DNA of 64,000 nt from Acidimicrobiales bacterium (GTDB lineage: Bacteria > Actinomycetota > Acidimicrobiia > Acidimicrobiales > CATQHL01): assembly GCA_963664235.1 (NCBI GenBank), contig OY760933.1, positions 3,281,048-3,345,047 of the forward strand, given 5' to 3'. Below, piece by piece: positions 17,656-27,969 of this stretch. Position numbers and translations under genes: made by a program. The stretch's first letter is position 1. Each line of letters opens with the position of its first letter. The notes under the pieces were generated by a model, which was given only the letters and a program-made list of their open reading frames with translations, did not search any database and was not told the DNA's origin.

Positions 17656-20600
17656 ATGAAGCCCGCCGCGTCTGGTGATCCGAACGTAGCCACCTCGGAA
17701 TACCGGCTCGACGACCGGTATCTGCGCGACGAGGGAAGAGTCTTCGCCTCGGGCGTGCAGATCCTGGCTCGGCTGCCGTTCGAGCAGTTGCGCCGGGACC
17801 GCGCCGCAGGCCACAACACCGCCGCGTTCGTCTGCGGCTACCCGGGCTCTCCCCTCGCGATCTTCGACTCCGAGGTCACCCGCGTGGCAGCCCTGGCCGA
17901 GTCCACCGGACTGCAACTGGTCCACCAGCCCGGCCTCAACGAGGAGCTGGCGACCGCCGCGGTGATGGGCAGCCAACTCGTCAGCGGGTTCAACGAACGG
18001 CTTCGGGACGGCGTCCTGGGCATGTGGTACGGCAAGGCCCCCGGCTTGGACAGGGCCTCTGACGCCATGCGCCACGCCGTGCTGACCGGGACGTCACCGC
18101 TCGGCGGCGCCGTGATGCTGGTCGGCGACGACCCCTATGCCAAGTCCTCCACGGTGGGCAGCTCCTCCGACGGCACCCTGATATCGCTGCGCATTCCCTT
18201 CCTGGTTCCCGGCGACCCGCAGGAGACTCTGGACCTGGGAAGACATGCCATCGCGCTCTCCCGGTCGTGCGGGGTGGTGACGGCGATGCGGATCGTGGCA
18301 GCGGTGGCCGACGGAACCGGGTCGGTGGACCTGCACGGGGCCGGCTGGAGCGCCGAGGCCGGCCGCAGGGGTACGCCGTACCGCCTGCCGGTGCTGCCCG
18401 GCCACGGCGGCCCACCCGAGCCGTACCAACATCGGCCGGACGGCAATCTCATGCCCCCGTACACCACCACCATCGAGCAGGACCTCGTCGAGACCCGCCT
18501 CGAGCTGGCCCGCAGCTACGGGGCCCGCAACGGACTCAACCGGCTCACGACCCCCGACGGCCCGGCGCGGGTCGGGATCATCGCCTCGGGCAACTGCTAC
18601 ATGGAGATGCTCGAAGCGCTGCGCCTGCTCGGCCTGGCCGGGATCTCCGACATCGCCGGCGCCGGCATCCGGCTGGCGAAGTTCTCGCTTCCCTACCCCG
18701 TTGATCCGGGATTCGTGCGCAGCTTTGCCGGCGGCCTGACCGAGATCATCGTCCTCGAGGAAAAGGACCCCTACCTGGAATTGTTCGTCAAGGACGCCCT
18801 CTACGCGCTGGCCGACCGACCCGTCGTGGTGGGCAAGCGCGACGACCGGGGAGAGCCGTTCCTGGGACGGCACGCTGGCCTCGACGCCGACGAACTCACC
18901 GGACCGCTGCACCGGCGCCTCTCGGCACACCTGAGCAGCGACCGGTTGGGGCAAGCTCCGGTACGGCCGCGCCGGCGGAGTTCTCTGTCGGTAAGCGCCC
19001 ACAGGACCCCCTACTTCTGCTCGGGGTGCCCGCACAACTCCAGTACGCGGGTCCCGGATGGCTCGCTCGTGGGTGTCGGCATCGGCTGCCACGGAATGGT
19101 CTCGCTGATGGAGCCCGAGCGAGTGGGCCAGTGGACTTCGGTGTGCTCGATGGGCGCCGAGGGTGCCACCTGGGTGGGCATGTCACCGTTCACCGAGCGG
19201 GAGCATTCCTTCCAGAACCTCGGCGACGGCACCTTTGCCCACTCGGGGCAACTGGGCATCCAATTCGCCGTGGCGGCCGGGGTGAACATCACGTTCAAAC
19301 TCCTGTACAACGGCGCCGTCGCAATGACCGGCGGTCAAGACCCCACCGGCATCGTGGGCGTACCGGAGATGACTCGAATCCTGCTGGCCCAGGGTGTGCG
19401 ACAGGTGCTCGTAACCACCGAGGACCTCGGTCGTTACAAGGGCGTCACCATGCCGACCGGAGTAGAGGTGTGGGACCGGGAACGCCTGATCGAGGCGCAG
19501 GAGCGCCTGCGCGCCGTCGAAGGCGTGACCGTCCTGATCCACGACCAGTTCTGCGCCGCCGAACTGCGCCGGGCGCGGCGCCGCGGGCAACGGCCCACGC
19601 CCAAGACCCGCGTGCTTATCAACGAGCGGGTCTGCGAGGGCTGCGGCGACTGCGGCGACGTCAGCAACTGCCTGTCCGTGCAGCCGGTCAGCACGCCCTA
19701 CGGCCGCAAAACGAAGATCGACCAGACGACCTGCAACTTCGACTACTCCTGCATCGACGGCGACTGCCCCTCGTTCGCGACGGTGCGCCCCGCCCGCGCC
19801 GGCCGGCAACGCCGCATAGCCCGCAAGCAGGCTGCGATGTCCTCCGCCGTGCGGGTCCACCCGCAGCCACCCGAGGACATCGCAGAGCCGCGGGCCTCGG
19901 TACCGCCGAGCATGACCGTGCGGATGGCGGGCATCGGCGGAACCGGTGTCGTGACCGCCTCGCAGTTGCTGGGAACAGCGGCCCTGCTCAGCGGACGACA
20001 CGTACAAGGTCTGGACCAGACCGGCCTGTCGCAGAAGGCGGGTCCGGTGGTGAGCGACGTGCGCATGAGTGCCACCGAGCCGATCGCCTCCAACAAGGCC
20101 ACTGCGGGAATGGTGGATCTCTACCTGGCGTTCGACCTGCTCACGGCCGCCGCATCCGCACCGCTCGCCGGTGCCTCGGCCGAACGCACCCTGGTGGTGG
20201 CATCAGTCACGCCCACGAGCACGGGCCGGATGGTTGTGCACCCCGAGCAGGACTACCCCGGGACCGAGGACCTCCGCTCTGTCGTCGATTCCACGTCGCG
20301 GGCGTCGGAGAATCGCTGGGTGGACGCAGGCGCCATCACGCGCCGCCTCTTCGGGAACACCACCTCCGCCAACGTCTTCCTGATCGGCGTTGCCTACCAA
20401 TGCGGCGCCCTGCCGATCACGGCGGCCTCCTTCGAGTCCGCGATCGAGTTGAACGGCGTCGCCGCCGAGCGCAATCGCGAGGCCTTCAGGTGGGGCCGGC
20501 AGTGGGTGATCGACCCCGAGGGCGTGGAACTGGCGGCCGCGAACGCGGATTCGATCGGCTCTCCCCCGCCGCCCGACGACTCGGCCGGACGCGTCGAGGT

Positions 20601-21303
20601 CGACGGCGGCGATACCCTCGCACCGCCGGTCCGGCAGCTACTGGATCCGCTCGCCGCACGCACAGGACTGGGCCAACTGCTCGAGATGCTGGCCGCCGAC
20701 CTCACCGGCTACCAGTCAGCCGGCTACGCCGAGGATTACCTCCGGTTCGTAAGCGAGGTCGCCGGCGCCGAGGGTGACCTCGACGGCTGGGAACTCACCG
20801 AGACTGTGGCGCGGAGCCTGCACAAGTTGATGGCCTACAAGGACGAGTACGAGGTGGCCCGCCTGCTGCTCGAGCCGGCAGCGGAGACGGGAGCGGAGAC
20901 GGTCGCCGGGCCGGGCGCCAGGCTCGTCTGGCACCTGCACCCTCCGTTCCTGCGAGCGCTGGGCGTGTCCCGCAAATTGAAGTTGGGACCGTGGGCCCGT
21001 CCCCTGCTCGTGATGCTCCGCGGGGGGAAGCGGCTGCGGGGAACTCCGCTGGACCTCTTCGGCTACGCGGCGGTGCGCCGCTGCGAGCGCCGGCTGCCCG
21101 GCGAATACCGCAAGGCGATCCGGGCAATGCTGGGAACCCTCGATGCCGTCAACCGGGACGAGGCGGTCGAGATCGCCGATCTGGTGGATGGAGTCCGCGG
21201 CTACGAGGACATCAAGATGCGGCGTGTCGCGTTGTACCGCCAGGAACTGAGCGAGCGGGTGGAGGGTTTCCGAGCCGCCGTGCCGGCGGGGAGCACTGCC
21301 TAG
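17656..21303 (+). CDS. Indolepyruvate:ferredoxin oxidoreductase family protein (fused IorA/IorB type)
   Basis: 1215 aa. The N-terminus YRLDDRYLRDEGRVFASGVQILARLP...GYPGSPL, the 4Fe-4S cluster motif CEGCGDCGDVSNC and a C-terminal IorB-like domain are all present. RBS GAGGA. Confidence 0.88.
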   Translation: MKPAASGDPNVATSEYRLDDRYLRDEGRVFASGVQILARLPFEQLRRDRAAGHNTAAFVCGYPGSPLAIFDSEVTRVAALAESTGLQLVHQPGLNEELATAAVMGSQLVSGFNERLRDGVLGMWYGKAPGLDRASDAMRHAVLTGTSPLGGAVMLVGDDPYAKSSTVGSSSDGTLISLRIPFLVPGDPQETLDLGRHAIALSRSCGVVTAMRIVAAVADGTGSVDLHGAGWSAEAGRRGTPYRLPVLPGHGGPPEPYQHRPDGNLMPPYTTTIEQDLVETRLELARSYGARNGLNRLTTPDGPARVGIIASGNCYMEMLEALRLLGLAGISDIAGAGIRLAKFSLPYPVDPGFVRSFAGGLTEIIVLEEKDPYLELFVKDALYALADRPVVVGKRDDRGEPFLGRHAGLDADELTGPLHRRLSAHLSSDRLGQAPVRPRRRSSLSVSAHRTPYFCSGCPHNSSTRVPDGSLVGVGIGCHGMVSLMEPERVGQWTSVCSMGAEGATWVGMSPFTEREHSFQNLGDGTFAHSGQLGIQFAVAAGVNITFKLLYNGAVAMTGGQDPTGIVGVPEMTRILLAQGVRQVLVTTEDLGRYKGVTMPTGVEVWDRERLIEAQERLRAVEGVTVLIHDQFCAAELRRARRRGQRPTPKTRVLINERVCEGCGDCGDVSNCLSVQPVSTPYGRKTKIDQTTCNFDYSCIDGDCPSFATVRPARAGRQRRIARKQAAMSSAVRVHPQPPEDIAEPRASVPPSMTVRMAGIGGTGVVTASQLLGTAALLSGRHVQGLDQTGLSQKAGPVVSDVRMSATEPIASNKATAGMVDLYLAFDLLTAAASAPLAGASAERTLVVASVTPTSTGRMVVHPEQDYPGTEDLRSVVDSTSRASENRWVDAGAITRRLFGNTTSANVFLIGVAYQCGALPITAASFESAIELNGVAAERNREAFRWGRQWVIDPEGVELAAANADSIGSPPPPDDSAGRVEVDGGDTLAPPVRQLLDPLAARTGLGQLLEMLAADLTGYQSAGYAEDYLRFVSEVAGAEGDLDGWELTETVARSLHKLMAYKDEYEVARLLLEPAAETGAETVAGPGARLVWHLHPPFLRALGVSRKLKLGPWARPLLVMLRGGKRLRGTPLDLFGYAAVRRCERRLPGEYRKAIRAMLGTLDAVNRDEAVEIADLVDGVRGYEDIKMRRVALYRQELSERVEGFRAAVPAGSTA

Positions 21304-21326
21304 GACCGACGGTGAGCAACCGGGGA

Positions 21327-22055
21327 TCAGGCCCCGGTGTCCTCCAGCGATTCCACACCGAGGTAGCGGCGCTGGGCGTCGGCGTCCGCCAGCAGTTCCT
21401 GCGAACTGATCTCCGCCTCGATCTGCCCCGAAACCATCACCACTTGACGCTCCGAGATTGCCGTTGCCACGCTGAGGTTCTGCTCCACCAGCAGGATCGC
21501 GATCCCCTCCGCCACGAGCCGGCGGGAGGTAGTCACAAGTTGCTCGACGATGGTCGGCGCAAGACCCTCTGACGGTTCGTCCATGAGCATGAGGTCCGCG
21601 TTCAACAACAGTGCCCGCCCGATGGCCAGCATCTGCTGCTCGCCACCGGAGAGGCTCGTGGCGCTGAGCTTCTTCCGTTCCGCGAGGCGCGGGAAGAGTT
21701 CGTATACCTCCGTCGGCGTCCAGCGCTTGCCGCGCGCCTGGCGCGCAAGCATCGCCAGGTGCTCGTCGACGGTGAGCGAGGTGAAGAGCCGCCGCCCCTG
21801 GGGGACGTAGCCGATGCCGGTGGCGGCCACCTTGTACGGCGCCAGCCCCACCAACTCGGTGCCGCGGAACCGGATGGAACCGCCCATGACCGGCAGCAGA
21901 CCCATGATGGCGTTGCAGAGCGTCGTCTTGCCCATGCCGTTGCGGCCGATGACCGACACGGCCTCCTGGGCCATCCGGAGGTCCACGCTGTGCAGCACCT
22001 GGGCCTGCCCGTAGCCCACGTCCAGGCCTGAGATCTCCAGAAGCGAATCACCCAT
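21327..22055 (-). CDS. livF: Branched-chain amino acid ABC transporter ATP-binding protein (LivF-type)
   Basis: Walker A GRNGMGKTT, signature LSGGEQQML, Walker B LMLMDEPSEGL. 8-nt overlap with the upstream ATPase gene. Confidence 0.85.
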   Translation of the reverse strand: MGDSLLEISGLDVGYGQAQVLHSVDLRMAQEAVSVIGRNGMGKTTLCNAIMGLLPVMGGSIRFRGTELVGLAPYKVAATGIGYVPQGRRLFTSLTVDEHLAMLARQARGKRWTPTEVYELFPRLAERKKLSATSLSGGEQQMLAIGRALLLNADLMLMDEPSEGLAPTIVEQLVTTSRRLVAEGIAILLVEQNLSVATAISERQVVMVSGQIEAEISSQELLADADAQRRYLGVESLEDTGA

Positions 22056-22821
22056 GGGCGATCCCCCGTCCCAGATAGATGTCGTGCACCTGAGGATTGG
22101 CGCGGATCTCGTCGGGCGTTCCCTCGACGATCTTGACGCCGTCGTGCATCACGATCACACGTTCGGCGACGCGCAGCGCCACGTCCATGTCGTGGTCGAT
22201 GAGCAGCAGCGTCACGTCGCGTTCCAGCGACAGCAACAACTCCGTGAGCCGCTCGCGCTCGCCGCGCGACAACCCCGAGGCCGGCTCGTCGAGCATCAGT
22301 ACCCGGGGCTCAGTGACCGTGGCGAGGCCCAACTCCAGCTGGCGCTGCTCGCCGTGGGACAGATCGGCCGTGAGAGTACCGAGACGGCCCTCCAGCCAGA
22401 CGTTGGCCGCGGCCCGCCGGGCACGGTCGCGATAGGCGGCATCCCGGCGTCCCATACGTAGCCGGAAGCGCCGGCCTTCCTTGCCCAGCACGGCCAGATA
22501 GAGGTTCTCCTCCACTGTGAGGCCGGCGAACAGGCGGGAGCGCTGGTAGGTGCGGGACATCCCGAGTTGTGGCCGGCGCCGGGCCGGGAACTCCTCGACA
22601 TTCAGACCGTCGATCTCGACGGTGCCTGCTGTGGGCCGCAGGTCGCCGGCCACGACGTTGAACAGCGTCGTCTTGCCGGCCCCGTTGGGCCCGAGGATGA
22701 CGAGGCGTTCGCCCTGAGCGACATCGATATCGATGTCGCTCAGGGCGCGGACGCCACCGAAGGACATGCTGACGCCCTGCAGCCGCAGCACAGGTGCTCC
22801 GTTCGCTGCCGTCGCCGTCAT
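22048..22821 (-). CDS. livG: Branched-chain amino acid ABC transporter ATP-binding protein (LivG-type)
   Basis: Walker A GPNGAGKTT, LSHGEQRQLELG, VLMLDEPASGL. Confidence 0.85.
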   Translation of the reverse strand: MTATAANGAPVLRLQGVSMSFGGVRALSDIDIDVAQGERLVILGPNGAGKTTLFNVVAGDLRPTAGTVEIDGLNVEEFPARRRPQLGMSRTYQRSRLFAGLTVEENLYLAVLGKEGRRFRLRMGRRDAAYRDRARRAAANVWLEGRLGTLTADLSHGEQRQLELGLATVTEPRVLMLDEPASGLSRGERERLTELLLSLERDVTLLLIDHDMDVALRVAERVIVMHDGVKIVEGTPDEIRANPQVHDIYLGRGIAHG

Positions 22822-22862
22822 GATCGGTGGCGTCCCTCTACCTCGTGGTCAGTGTGTGCCGG

Positions 22863-24644
22863 CTAGTTCTGCAGGACGCCGTTGACGACCGGGGTGGCGT
22901 TACCGATCCACGGGAGGTCGCCTGCCTCGCAAGGCGGGTAGTCCCTGCTCGGCGACGGATCGCCCGAGAACGTGCCGCCGAAGGTCTGATCGACCTGCGG
23001 GACGAACGCCACCGTGCTGGAAGCCATGTTGCCGTCGTCGTCGAGGTAGATCCTCCCGACGTACTGGTCCTGGATGGCCGTACGGTTGGAGTCCAGACTG
23101 ATCTCGCCGAACGCGGCGTCGAGCGTCACGTTGCTGATCGCATCCCACAACGGCTCGTGGCCACCGGAAAGGTCGGCCCCGATCGCCTTGAGGCCCTCGA
23201 TCAGACCCCAGGCGTTGTTGTAGTAGTTCATGTAGAAGGCGTCGAAGTACGCGGCATCCGCCGGAGCCGGCGAGCCCCCGAAGGGGATCTCGTCGAAGTG
23301 GCTGTTGATGATCGCGCGGAACGCCGCCGCCTTGTCGGTCTGCAGATCGGGAGCGTTGCCGAACCCACCGGAGTAGGAACCAACGACCCGGGGACCGATG
23401 GCGGTGAACACGTCGGGGATACCCCAGAAGAGGTTGCCCATGTGCTGCTCGCCCACGACCTCGCCCTTGGCGTCCTCGAAAGCGTTGAGGGCCGGCACCA
23501 GACCGGCGCCGCCAACGGCCCAGAAGTAGCCGTCGACCTCGTCGGGGCCGGGCAGCTGCTCCACGAAGCCGGAGTAGTCGGTGGTGTTCAGCGGCGGGTA
23601 CACCCGGCTGATCACGTCGCCGCCTGCGGCACAGAACTCGGCGATGAAGCCCGCCGTGGAGGTCCAGGCGAAGCTGTAGTCGTCACCGATGACCGCTGCG
23701 GTCTCCCACCCCAGGGTGTTGTGGGCAATGTCGCCGAGACCGGCGTTCCACTGCGCACCGTCACCGTTGAAGCGGAAGAAGTTGGGCGCACGGACCGCCA
23801 TGGTGGAGTCCTGCGCACCCGACGTGCCGTTCACGAACGTCTGGTTCGGGTGGTCCTTGGCGTAGTTGGCCACGGCGATGCTCTCGTCACCGGACAGCGG
23901 GCCGATCATGATGTCGGCACCGATGTCCTCCATGAGACGGCGCGTCTCACGCAGGGCGGCCTCGGCGGTGTCATCCGCACAGCCGATACCGACCAACTCG
24001 ATGGGAACGCCATTGATGGAGGCATTGCTGAAGCCCGCCTGCGGGTTGTTGCGGTCGTTGACCGTGGCGCCTGCGTGCTCGGCGAATGCGGTGACGACAC
24101 CGGCGATGTCCCTGTCGTGGAAGGCGCCGAAGGCTCCCTCACAGTCGGACAGGATGGCGAGGTTGATGACCTCGGTTGCCATGTCGTCCATGTCGTCTTC
24201 CTCGGCTACCGCCGCGGGCGGTGGCGCCGCCGCGGCCTGAGAGGCCTGCTCCTCGGCAGCGGATGCCGCCTCGCGGGCCGCCCGTGCCTCGTCCTCGGCT
24301 GCCGCAGCATCCGAGCGCGCTGCATCAGCAGCTGCCTGAGCCTCAGCCAGAGCCTCCTCGGCGGCGGCCACATCGGCCGCGTTGCCCGTGGCGGTCGCCT
24401 GCGCCAACTCTGCAGCGGCCTGCGCGGCCTCAGCCGCAGCCAGTGCAGCGTCCGCTGCCGCAGCTGCTGCCGCCGCGTCGGCCAGAGCCGTCGATGCTTC
24501 GCCCCGGGCGCTCTGCGCTGCGGCAAGGGCCGCATCGGCATCCTCGGAGCCACTGTCGCTGGCACAGGCCGCCGCCAGCAGGGCCAATGCCATGGCCGCT
24601 ACCGACAACCTCAACCAGGTTGATTTCTTCCGTTCGATTCGCAC
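22863..24644 (-). CDS. Lipoprotein: type-I periplasmic-binding-fold (LivJ/K-like) substrate-binding protein with a long Ala-rich N-terminal linker
   Basis: GTG start after AAGGAGGAG. The signal peptide has lipobox LAAAC, followed by an Ala/Glu/Asp-rich segment of about 128 aa and then a domain of about 430 aa. Gene position sits between livM and livG. Confidence 0.78.
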   Translation of the reverse strand: MRIERKKSTWLRLSVAAMALALLAAACASDSGSEDADAALAAAQSARGEASTALADAAAAAAAADAALAAAEAAQAAAELAQATATGNAADVAAAEEALAEAQAAADAARSDAAAAEDEARAAREAASAAEEQASQAAAAPPPAAVAEEDDMDDMATEVINLAILSDCEGAFGAFHDRDIAGVVTAFAEHAGATVNDRNNPQAGFSNASINGVPIELVGIGCADDTAEAALRETRRLMEDIGADIMIGPLSGDESIAVANYAKDHPNQTFVNGTSGAQDSTMAVRAPNFFRFNGDGAQWNAGLGDIAHNTLGWETAAVIGDDYSFAWTSTAGFIAEFCAAGGDVISRVYPPLNTTDYSGFVEQLPGPDEVDGYFWAVGGAGLVPALNAFEDAKGEVVGEQHMGNLFWGIPDVFTAIGPRVVGSYSGGFGNAPDLQTDKAAAFRAIINSHFDEIPFGGSPAPADAAYFDAFYMNYYNNAWGLIEGLKAIGADLSGGHEPLWDAISNVTLDAAFGEISLDSNRTAIQDQYVGRIYLDDDGNMASSTVAFVPQVDQTFGGTFSGDPSPSRDYPPCEAGDLPWIGNATPVVNGVLQN

Positions 24645-24886
24645 TATCTCCTCCTTGTTTGTTCCAGTGTTGTCTTGGGTGTCCTCGGGTGCGCTCGTTA
24701 TGTCACACCCGATATTCTTCGCATGCCAGAGGTTCCGCCCTGCGTTCGTTGGCGATCTCTCGGCCTGCTCGATGTGATTCTTTCTCTATCTATCCGGTCA
24801 TCCCTTCGTGCAGCTTCCCTCCCCCATGTTCATGTTCCGTTCGCTCGGTGGGTCGTGCTCATCGTTCCGACCAACTCTCCCATCGC

Positions 24887-26158
24887 CTAGTTCCGAACCG
24901 GGACCCGGCCGGTGGACAGCAACTTCGACCAGACACCGCGGGCGGTGTCCCGGTGACCCGCCAGCCACCCCACCAGGCCGGCGGCGCCTATGCCGGCTAC
25001 CGCGCCCACGATGACACCCGCGATGGCACCGCGGTCGCCCTCGTGCAGGGCCCCGAAAACGCCCCAGACAGCGGCGCCGATCAACGCCAGCGGCGCCGCA
25101 CCGCGCACCTTGCGCAACCCCACGACACCGTCCGGACACGCCAGCACCAGTATCAGCACGATGGCTCCGATGAGCGTGCGGAAGCGGGACTCCTCGATGA
25201 AGTTGTTGAGGAAAACCACGTTCCGCACATAGTTCTCGAGCGCAACGAAGATGAACGCCCCCAGCCAGGCCCCCTCCAGGACTAGCACCCCACCGATTAT
25301 GGCCATCACCAGCAGGTTCAGGATGCCGCCCAGATTGATGGCCGTCGGGGCGATGGCTCGCTGCTCCCAGACGTAGAGCACGCCCCCCAGGGAGGCCACG
25401 AAGGCGGCCAGTGTGAAGGCCCACGTACGGTGCATGGCGACGTTGTAGCCGAGGGAGTTCATGCGCACGGGGTCGTCGCGCACCCCTTGCAAGGCCAGTC
25501 CGAACGGCGTGCGCGACACATACCGCAGCAGCAGGTAGACCACCACAGCGACCACCAGGCTCGAGTAGAACAGGCGCTCGGGGTTGGTGGCGTCGGTCGG
25601 TTCGCCGATGAAGTCGGGCGCGCGCACCTGGTTGACACCGCCGAAGCCCGACAGCACCGTGACCTGCACGAAGAAGTAGTAGCCGATCACGCCGTAGGCA
25701 AGCGTGATCATGAGGTAGTAGAGCCCGCTGGAGCGACTGGCCAAGAGCCCCATCAGGAACCCCAGTGCCGTGGTCACGCCGATTCCCAGCACGACGCCCA
25801 CCCAGGGGTTCCAACCCAGGTTGAGCCCCTTGCTGCCGCCGGTGGTGACGGCGTTGCCGATGGTGAAGGCGCACACGCCGTACATCAGCGTCTGCGCCAG
25901 GGAGATCATCCCGCCGAACGCGGAGAGGAAGACGATGCTGGCCGCGGCGACGCCGAAGATGAGCGAACGCGTCAGCACCACGTCGACGAAGTAGTGCCGG
26001 AACGGGTCGGGGGTGATCCCCTGGAAGACGCCCACCAGCACGAGGGCCACGAACAGGATCAGCGCCAGCCGGCGGGTGTTGCGGGAGTAGTCGCCCGAGC
26101 CCGTGCCGCCGGCTGGGGCGGCACCGCCGGTACGGCCACCCAGGAGGGAGAGAATCAC
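24887..26158 (-). CDS. livM: Branched-chain amino acid ABC transporter permease (LivM-type)
   Basis: Multi-TM protein. GTG 26158 overlaps the livH stop (GTGA). The track ORF N-terminus up to 26368 overlaps livH and is Arg-rich junk. Confidence 0.8.
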   Translation of the reverse strand: MILSLLGGRTGGAAPAGGTGSGDYSRNTRRLALILFVALVLVGVFQGITPDPFRHYFVDVVLTRSLIFGVAAASIVFLSAFGGMISLAQTLMYGVCAFTIGNAVTTGGSKGLNLGWNPWVGVVLGIGVTTALGFLMGLLASRSSGLYYLMITLAYGVIGYYFFVQVTVLSGFGGVNQVRAPDFIGEPTDATNPERLFYSSLVVAVVVYLLLRYVSRTPFGLALQGVRDDPVRMNSLGYNVAMHRTWAFTLAAFVASLGGVLYVWEQRAIAPTAINLGGILNLLVMAIIGGVLVLEGAWLGAFIFVALENYVRNVVFLNNFIEESRFRTLIGAIVLILVLACPDGVVGLRKVRGAAPLALIGAAVWGVFGALHEGDRGAIAGVIVGAVAGIGAAGLVGWLAGHRDTARGVWSKLLSTGRVPVRN

Positions 26159-27240
26159 GCCGGCCTTCCGAACAACCCGAAGGGCCGTACTGCCAGGACC
26201 AGCGCCAGAATCACGAAGGTGGCGATGATCGAGTAGTACGCGTAGTCGGTTGGCAGGTAGACGGGTGCGAGGGCGGTGGCGAGGCCGTAGAGGAGCGAGC
26301 CGGCCGCGGCGCCGCCCAGCGACCCCATCCCGCCGATGATCACGACCACCAGGGAATGCAGCAGCCACTGCCCGTCCACGCCGGGGGCCAGCGTGGTGAC
26401 CGAGGAGCCGGCGATCACCCCTCCCAGGCCGGCCAGCGCCGAGCCCAGCACGAAGGCCACGGCGAACACCTTCTGGACGTTGATGCCCAGGGCCTGGACC
26501 ATGGGAGTGTCATCCACCCCGGCGCGGATGACCATGCCGGTGCGAGTCTTCTTGAGCAGCAACCAGAGACCGCCGCCCACGCCGAGGGCCATGCCGATGA
26601 CGAAGAGCTGGTGGATTCCGTAGCGGATTCCGGCGAAGTTCACGTAGCCGTGGATCTCGTGCGTCATCGTGATCGGCTCGGCGACTCCGCCGAAGTGCTG
26701 GATCATCTGGTCGCCGAGGACGATGGAGATGGCGATCGTGATCAGCGCCTGGCGCAGATCCTGCCCCTGGTTCCAGCGCAGGAACACCTGCTGGATGAAC
26801 AGCCCGAGACCGCTGACGATGACCACCCCGATCACCAGGGGCAGCCACCAGTCTCCCCAGCCCACGATGCCGCGGTCGGGCGTTCCGGTGACGCCCAGGA
26901 AGTCGAGTTGGTATTCGAGGGCGAAGTAGCCGGCCAGCAGGAACAGCGACCCATGCGCCATCTGCACCGTGCGCATCAGCCCGAAGACGAGCGTGAAACC
27001 GGAGGCCACGATGAAGTAGATCCCGCTGATGGTCAGCGCGTTGAGGATGCTCTTCAGGAACTCGCTGGGCGCTTTGACGGCAGGGCCGGCGGAGGTGCCG
27101 GCGGCCAGGAACACGACCCAGACGATGACGAAGGCGATCGCCGCGATGATCAGCAGGCGCGCCAGACTGCGATGCCAGGGCACGTTTCTGCCGCGGCGCC
27201 CCAGCAGGGCGTTCGCGGCACCGGTCATGACGGCCGTCAC
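26155..27240 (-). CDS. livH: Branched-chain amino acid ABC transporter permease (LivH-type)
   Basis: 361-aa polytopic membrane protein at the first position of the liv-type operon. Confidence 0.82.
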   Translation of the reverse strand: MTAVMTGAANALLGRRGRNVPWHRSLARLLIIAAIAFVIVWVVFLAAGTSAGPAVKAPSEFLKSILNALTISGIYFIVASGFTLVFGLMRTVQMAHGSLFLLAGYFALEYQLDFLGVTGTPDRGIVGWGDWWLPLVIGVVIVSGLGLFIQQVFLRWNQGQDLRQALITIAISIVLGDQMIQHFGGVAEPITMTHEIHGYVNFAGIRYGIHQLFVIGMALGVGGGLWLLLKKTRTGMVIRAGVDDTPMVQALGINVQKVFAVAFVLGSALAGLGGVIAGSSVTTLAPGVDGQWLLHSLVVVIIGGMGSLGGAAAGSLLYGLATALAPVYLPTDYAYYSIIATFVILALVLAVRPFGLFGRPA

Positions 27241-27292
27241 AGGCTGTGCAATCCCATCTGCTGGTCCCTCCCCGGTCCGTATCGCAGCCGGC

Positions 27293-27907
27293 TCAGCCGC
27301 CCAGGGCGGCGATCACCGAGTCCACGTCCGTTACCGTCGAGACGTTCTGGAGAGCGTAGTTGATGGAGGCGTTGTGCCAGTCGGCGCTCATCGTGGAGCA
27401 GCCGTTCTCGGGCACGACCATGTAGTAGCCCTTGTCGGCACCGGTGCGGGAGGTGTGCTCGATGGACATGTTGGTCCAGGCGCCCGTGACGATGACGGTG
27501 TCGCGCCCGGTGCCGGCGAGCAGACTCTCCAGCTTGGTGCCCTGCCAGGCGCTCATGCGCATCTTCTCGACGATGAAGTCCCCGTCCTGAGCCTCCAGGC
27601 CGTCGGCCGGCGCAGCCCCCCACGAGCCGCGCACCAGACCGTTGGTGCCCTTGACACCCTCGAAGAGCGGGGCGTTGAGCTTCAGGCCGGGCGCCCCTGC
27701 CTCCACGATGTACCACACGTGGATGACCGGAATGCCGAGGCCGCGGCAGACATCGGCGAGACGTGCCACGTTGGCCACGACGTCCTGCTCGATGGCATGT
27801 TGCGGAGACCCGGAATCACCGAAAGCACCGCCCTCGGTGATGACGTCGTTCTGGAGGTCTTGGATGATGAGGGCGCAACGGCTCGCATCCAGTGACAGGT
27901 CGCTCAT
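27293..27907 (-). CDS. Isochorismatase-family cysteine hydrolase (amidase-type)
   Basis: ALIIQDLQNDV, VIVTGAWTNMSIEHT and a catalytic-Cys region ENGCST fit the typical D-K-C isochorismatase-like hydrolase layout. Confidence 0.8.
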   Translation of the reverse strand: MSDLSLDASRCALIIQDLQNDVITEGGAFGDSGSPQHAIEQDVVANVARLADVCRGLGIPVIHVWYIVEAGAPGLKLNAPLFEGVKGTNGLVRGSWGAAPADGLEAQDGDFIVEKMRMSAWQGTKLESLLAGTGRDTVIVTGAWTNMSIEHTSRTGADKGYYMVVPENGCSTMSADWHNASINYALQNVSTVTDVDSVIAALGG

Positions 27908-27969
27908 GGGACTCCCCTATCGGTCGGTTGTCGGAACTGACTCGGTCGTTGTGCCGGCCGGTGGCCGGC

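Noticed and set aside
22827-24623. 598-aa + strand ORF opposite the liv substrate-binding protein gene
   Set aside because: It is an antisense mirror ORF. The minus-strand product has a signal peptide, a lipobox and a binding fold.
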